64,000 nucleotides of DNA from the human T2T-CHM13v2.0 reference genome, Homo sapiens: the NCBI RefSeq assembly GCF_009914755.1, contig NC_060930.1; one strand, given 5' to 3'. Positions 62,686-64,000 of this stretch are shown here, piece after piece (the first letter of the stretch is position 1; each line of letters opens with the position of its first letter). The notes under the pieces are model-generated. The model did no database searches, was not told the DNA's origin, and was given only the letters and a program-made list of their open reading frames with translations. The translations under genes were made by a program, and so were the position numbers.

Positions 62686-63194
62686 TAGACAGTGGAAGTA
62701 TCCGACTCAACATAGTTTGGGAGCTACACAAAAACTTTTAAAGAAGTGTATGAATGCTTATAAGTTTTCTAACACTGCTTTATGTTCCAGGTTTGTTAGC
62801 TTAATTATTGTCTATTTTGGGATTTATCTAAAAAAGTAGTTTTATAGATTTTACTGTTTTTTATTTAAACATATTAATCATTTAAATGATATTAAGCTCT
62901 CACTGACACTGATTATATAAATGTCATTGGATTGGAAATCTACAAAAAAACAAGGAATAAAATTCACCACTCTATCACCCATAAAGCACCCATTACATTT
63001 AATAGTTTTTACTTATAAACATGATTTTAAAAACTACTTTGACATGGAAATATGGTCAAGTATATTGATGAGTGAAAAAAATGCAGATTGTAGAAGAGTT
63101 CTGAACAGTGTGTACAATGTGATTCTATTTGTGAAAAGAAAAAATATTATATATGCGTACACTAACATACGGTAAATATCTGAATAGATATGGA

Positions 63195-63685
63195 ATCAGT
63201 TCTTAGTTTTCAAGCAAATGAAATCAACTCTCCAATATAAGCGGAAGAAATTTATTGAAGGATAATAAATTACTCACAGATTTCTGGAGTCCTTGAGAAT
63301 CAGGTTTAGAGGCCATATATCTAGAAGCAATACCCCAAATAACTGGTTCTGCAAAGAGGCCCTGGCAACTGTCAGTCTGAATCCTTGATACTACTAAGCC
63401 TAGATGCCGGATTTGCCTCCACTGTTAGCAGTATTCCAGAATGAATTCTAGACAGTTACTGCTCTTCTGTGTCATCAGCTTCCAATTCAGAGTCTGCTGT
63501 GGGTGCATTGGATTGCCAGAGCCCAAGTTTTGTGCCCTGGCTGCAGAGGAACCTTAGCGGGGAAGAATGTGGAACTCACTTCTGTAGTGGACAAAGGGCC
63601 CTGCCTCCTAAGGTAGGGGATTTACCAAATGTAGGAAGAGGATTCAGAATCTTGGATGCCAGAAAGAGTGAGAGCCGTCCACAGC
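63195..63685. mobile_element. MaLR (MLT1-type) LTR fossil
   Basis: atcagttcttagttttcaagc...aatttattgaaggata...gattgccagagccca. Confidence 0.5.
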
Positions 63686-63906
63686 AGACTCCTGGGAAAT
63701 TGTTAACATTGGTTACTTCTGGACGGTGGAGTTGGAAGGGCTAACTGGGAGCCTTCCAGAGGGAGGCTTTTACTTTAATTTTATTCTTCTGTCCTTTTTG
63801 AATATACATATATAATAAAAAAGTCCATGGGGAAAATGAACAAAAGGGAACAACAGTTTTTTCCAGCATTTCCACTGATAGTATTTTCGCATAAGAACTC
63901 AAGAAT

Positions 63907-64000
63907 GGCTAGGCGCGATGGCTCACGCCTGTAATCCCAGCACTTTGGGAGCCTCGGGGGGCAGATCACCTGAGGTTAGGAGTTCAAGATCAGCCTGGAC
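63907..64000 (+). mobile_element. Alu (cut by the window end)
   Basis: ggctaggcgcgatggctcacgcctgtaatcccagc. Confidence 0.95.

Overview
Primate (almost certainly human) genomic DNA from inside the BCKDHB gene (branched-chain keto acid dehydrogenase E1 beta subunit, + strand). It holds three coding exons of 134, 156 and 109 nt (exons 4-6, 32089-35801) and a short alternative terminal exon in intron 5 (IKVISLS-stop plus AATAAA signals). The rest is intron 3 (>32 kb) and intron 6 (>28 kb), filled with L1, Alu, L2, MIR, LTR and DNA-transposon fossils. There are no prokaryotic-type systems. The most unusual signals are retroelement-history structures: two inverted L1PA copies that share a 9-bp insertion and other non-consensus variants although their 3' UTRs and target sites differ (probable gene conversion); two twin-priming inversions; a candidate L1 3' transduction; an old inverted duplication of an Alu-MER20-MIR junction; a ~195-bp dispersed duplication with a 70-bp identical core; and a purine-rich composite repeat that has multiplied the probable exon 5 branch-point motif. 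Repeat subfamily names and most repeat boundaries were assigned by eye from remembered consensus sequences and are approximate.
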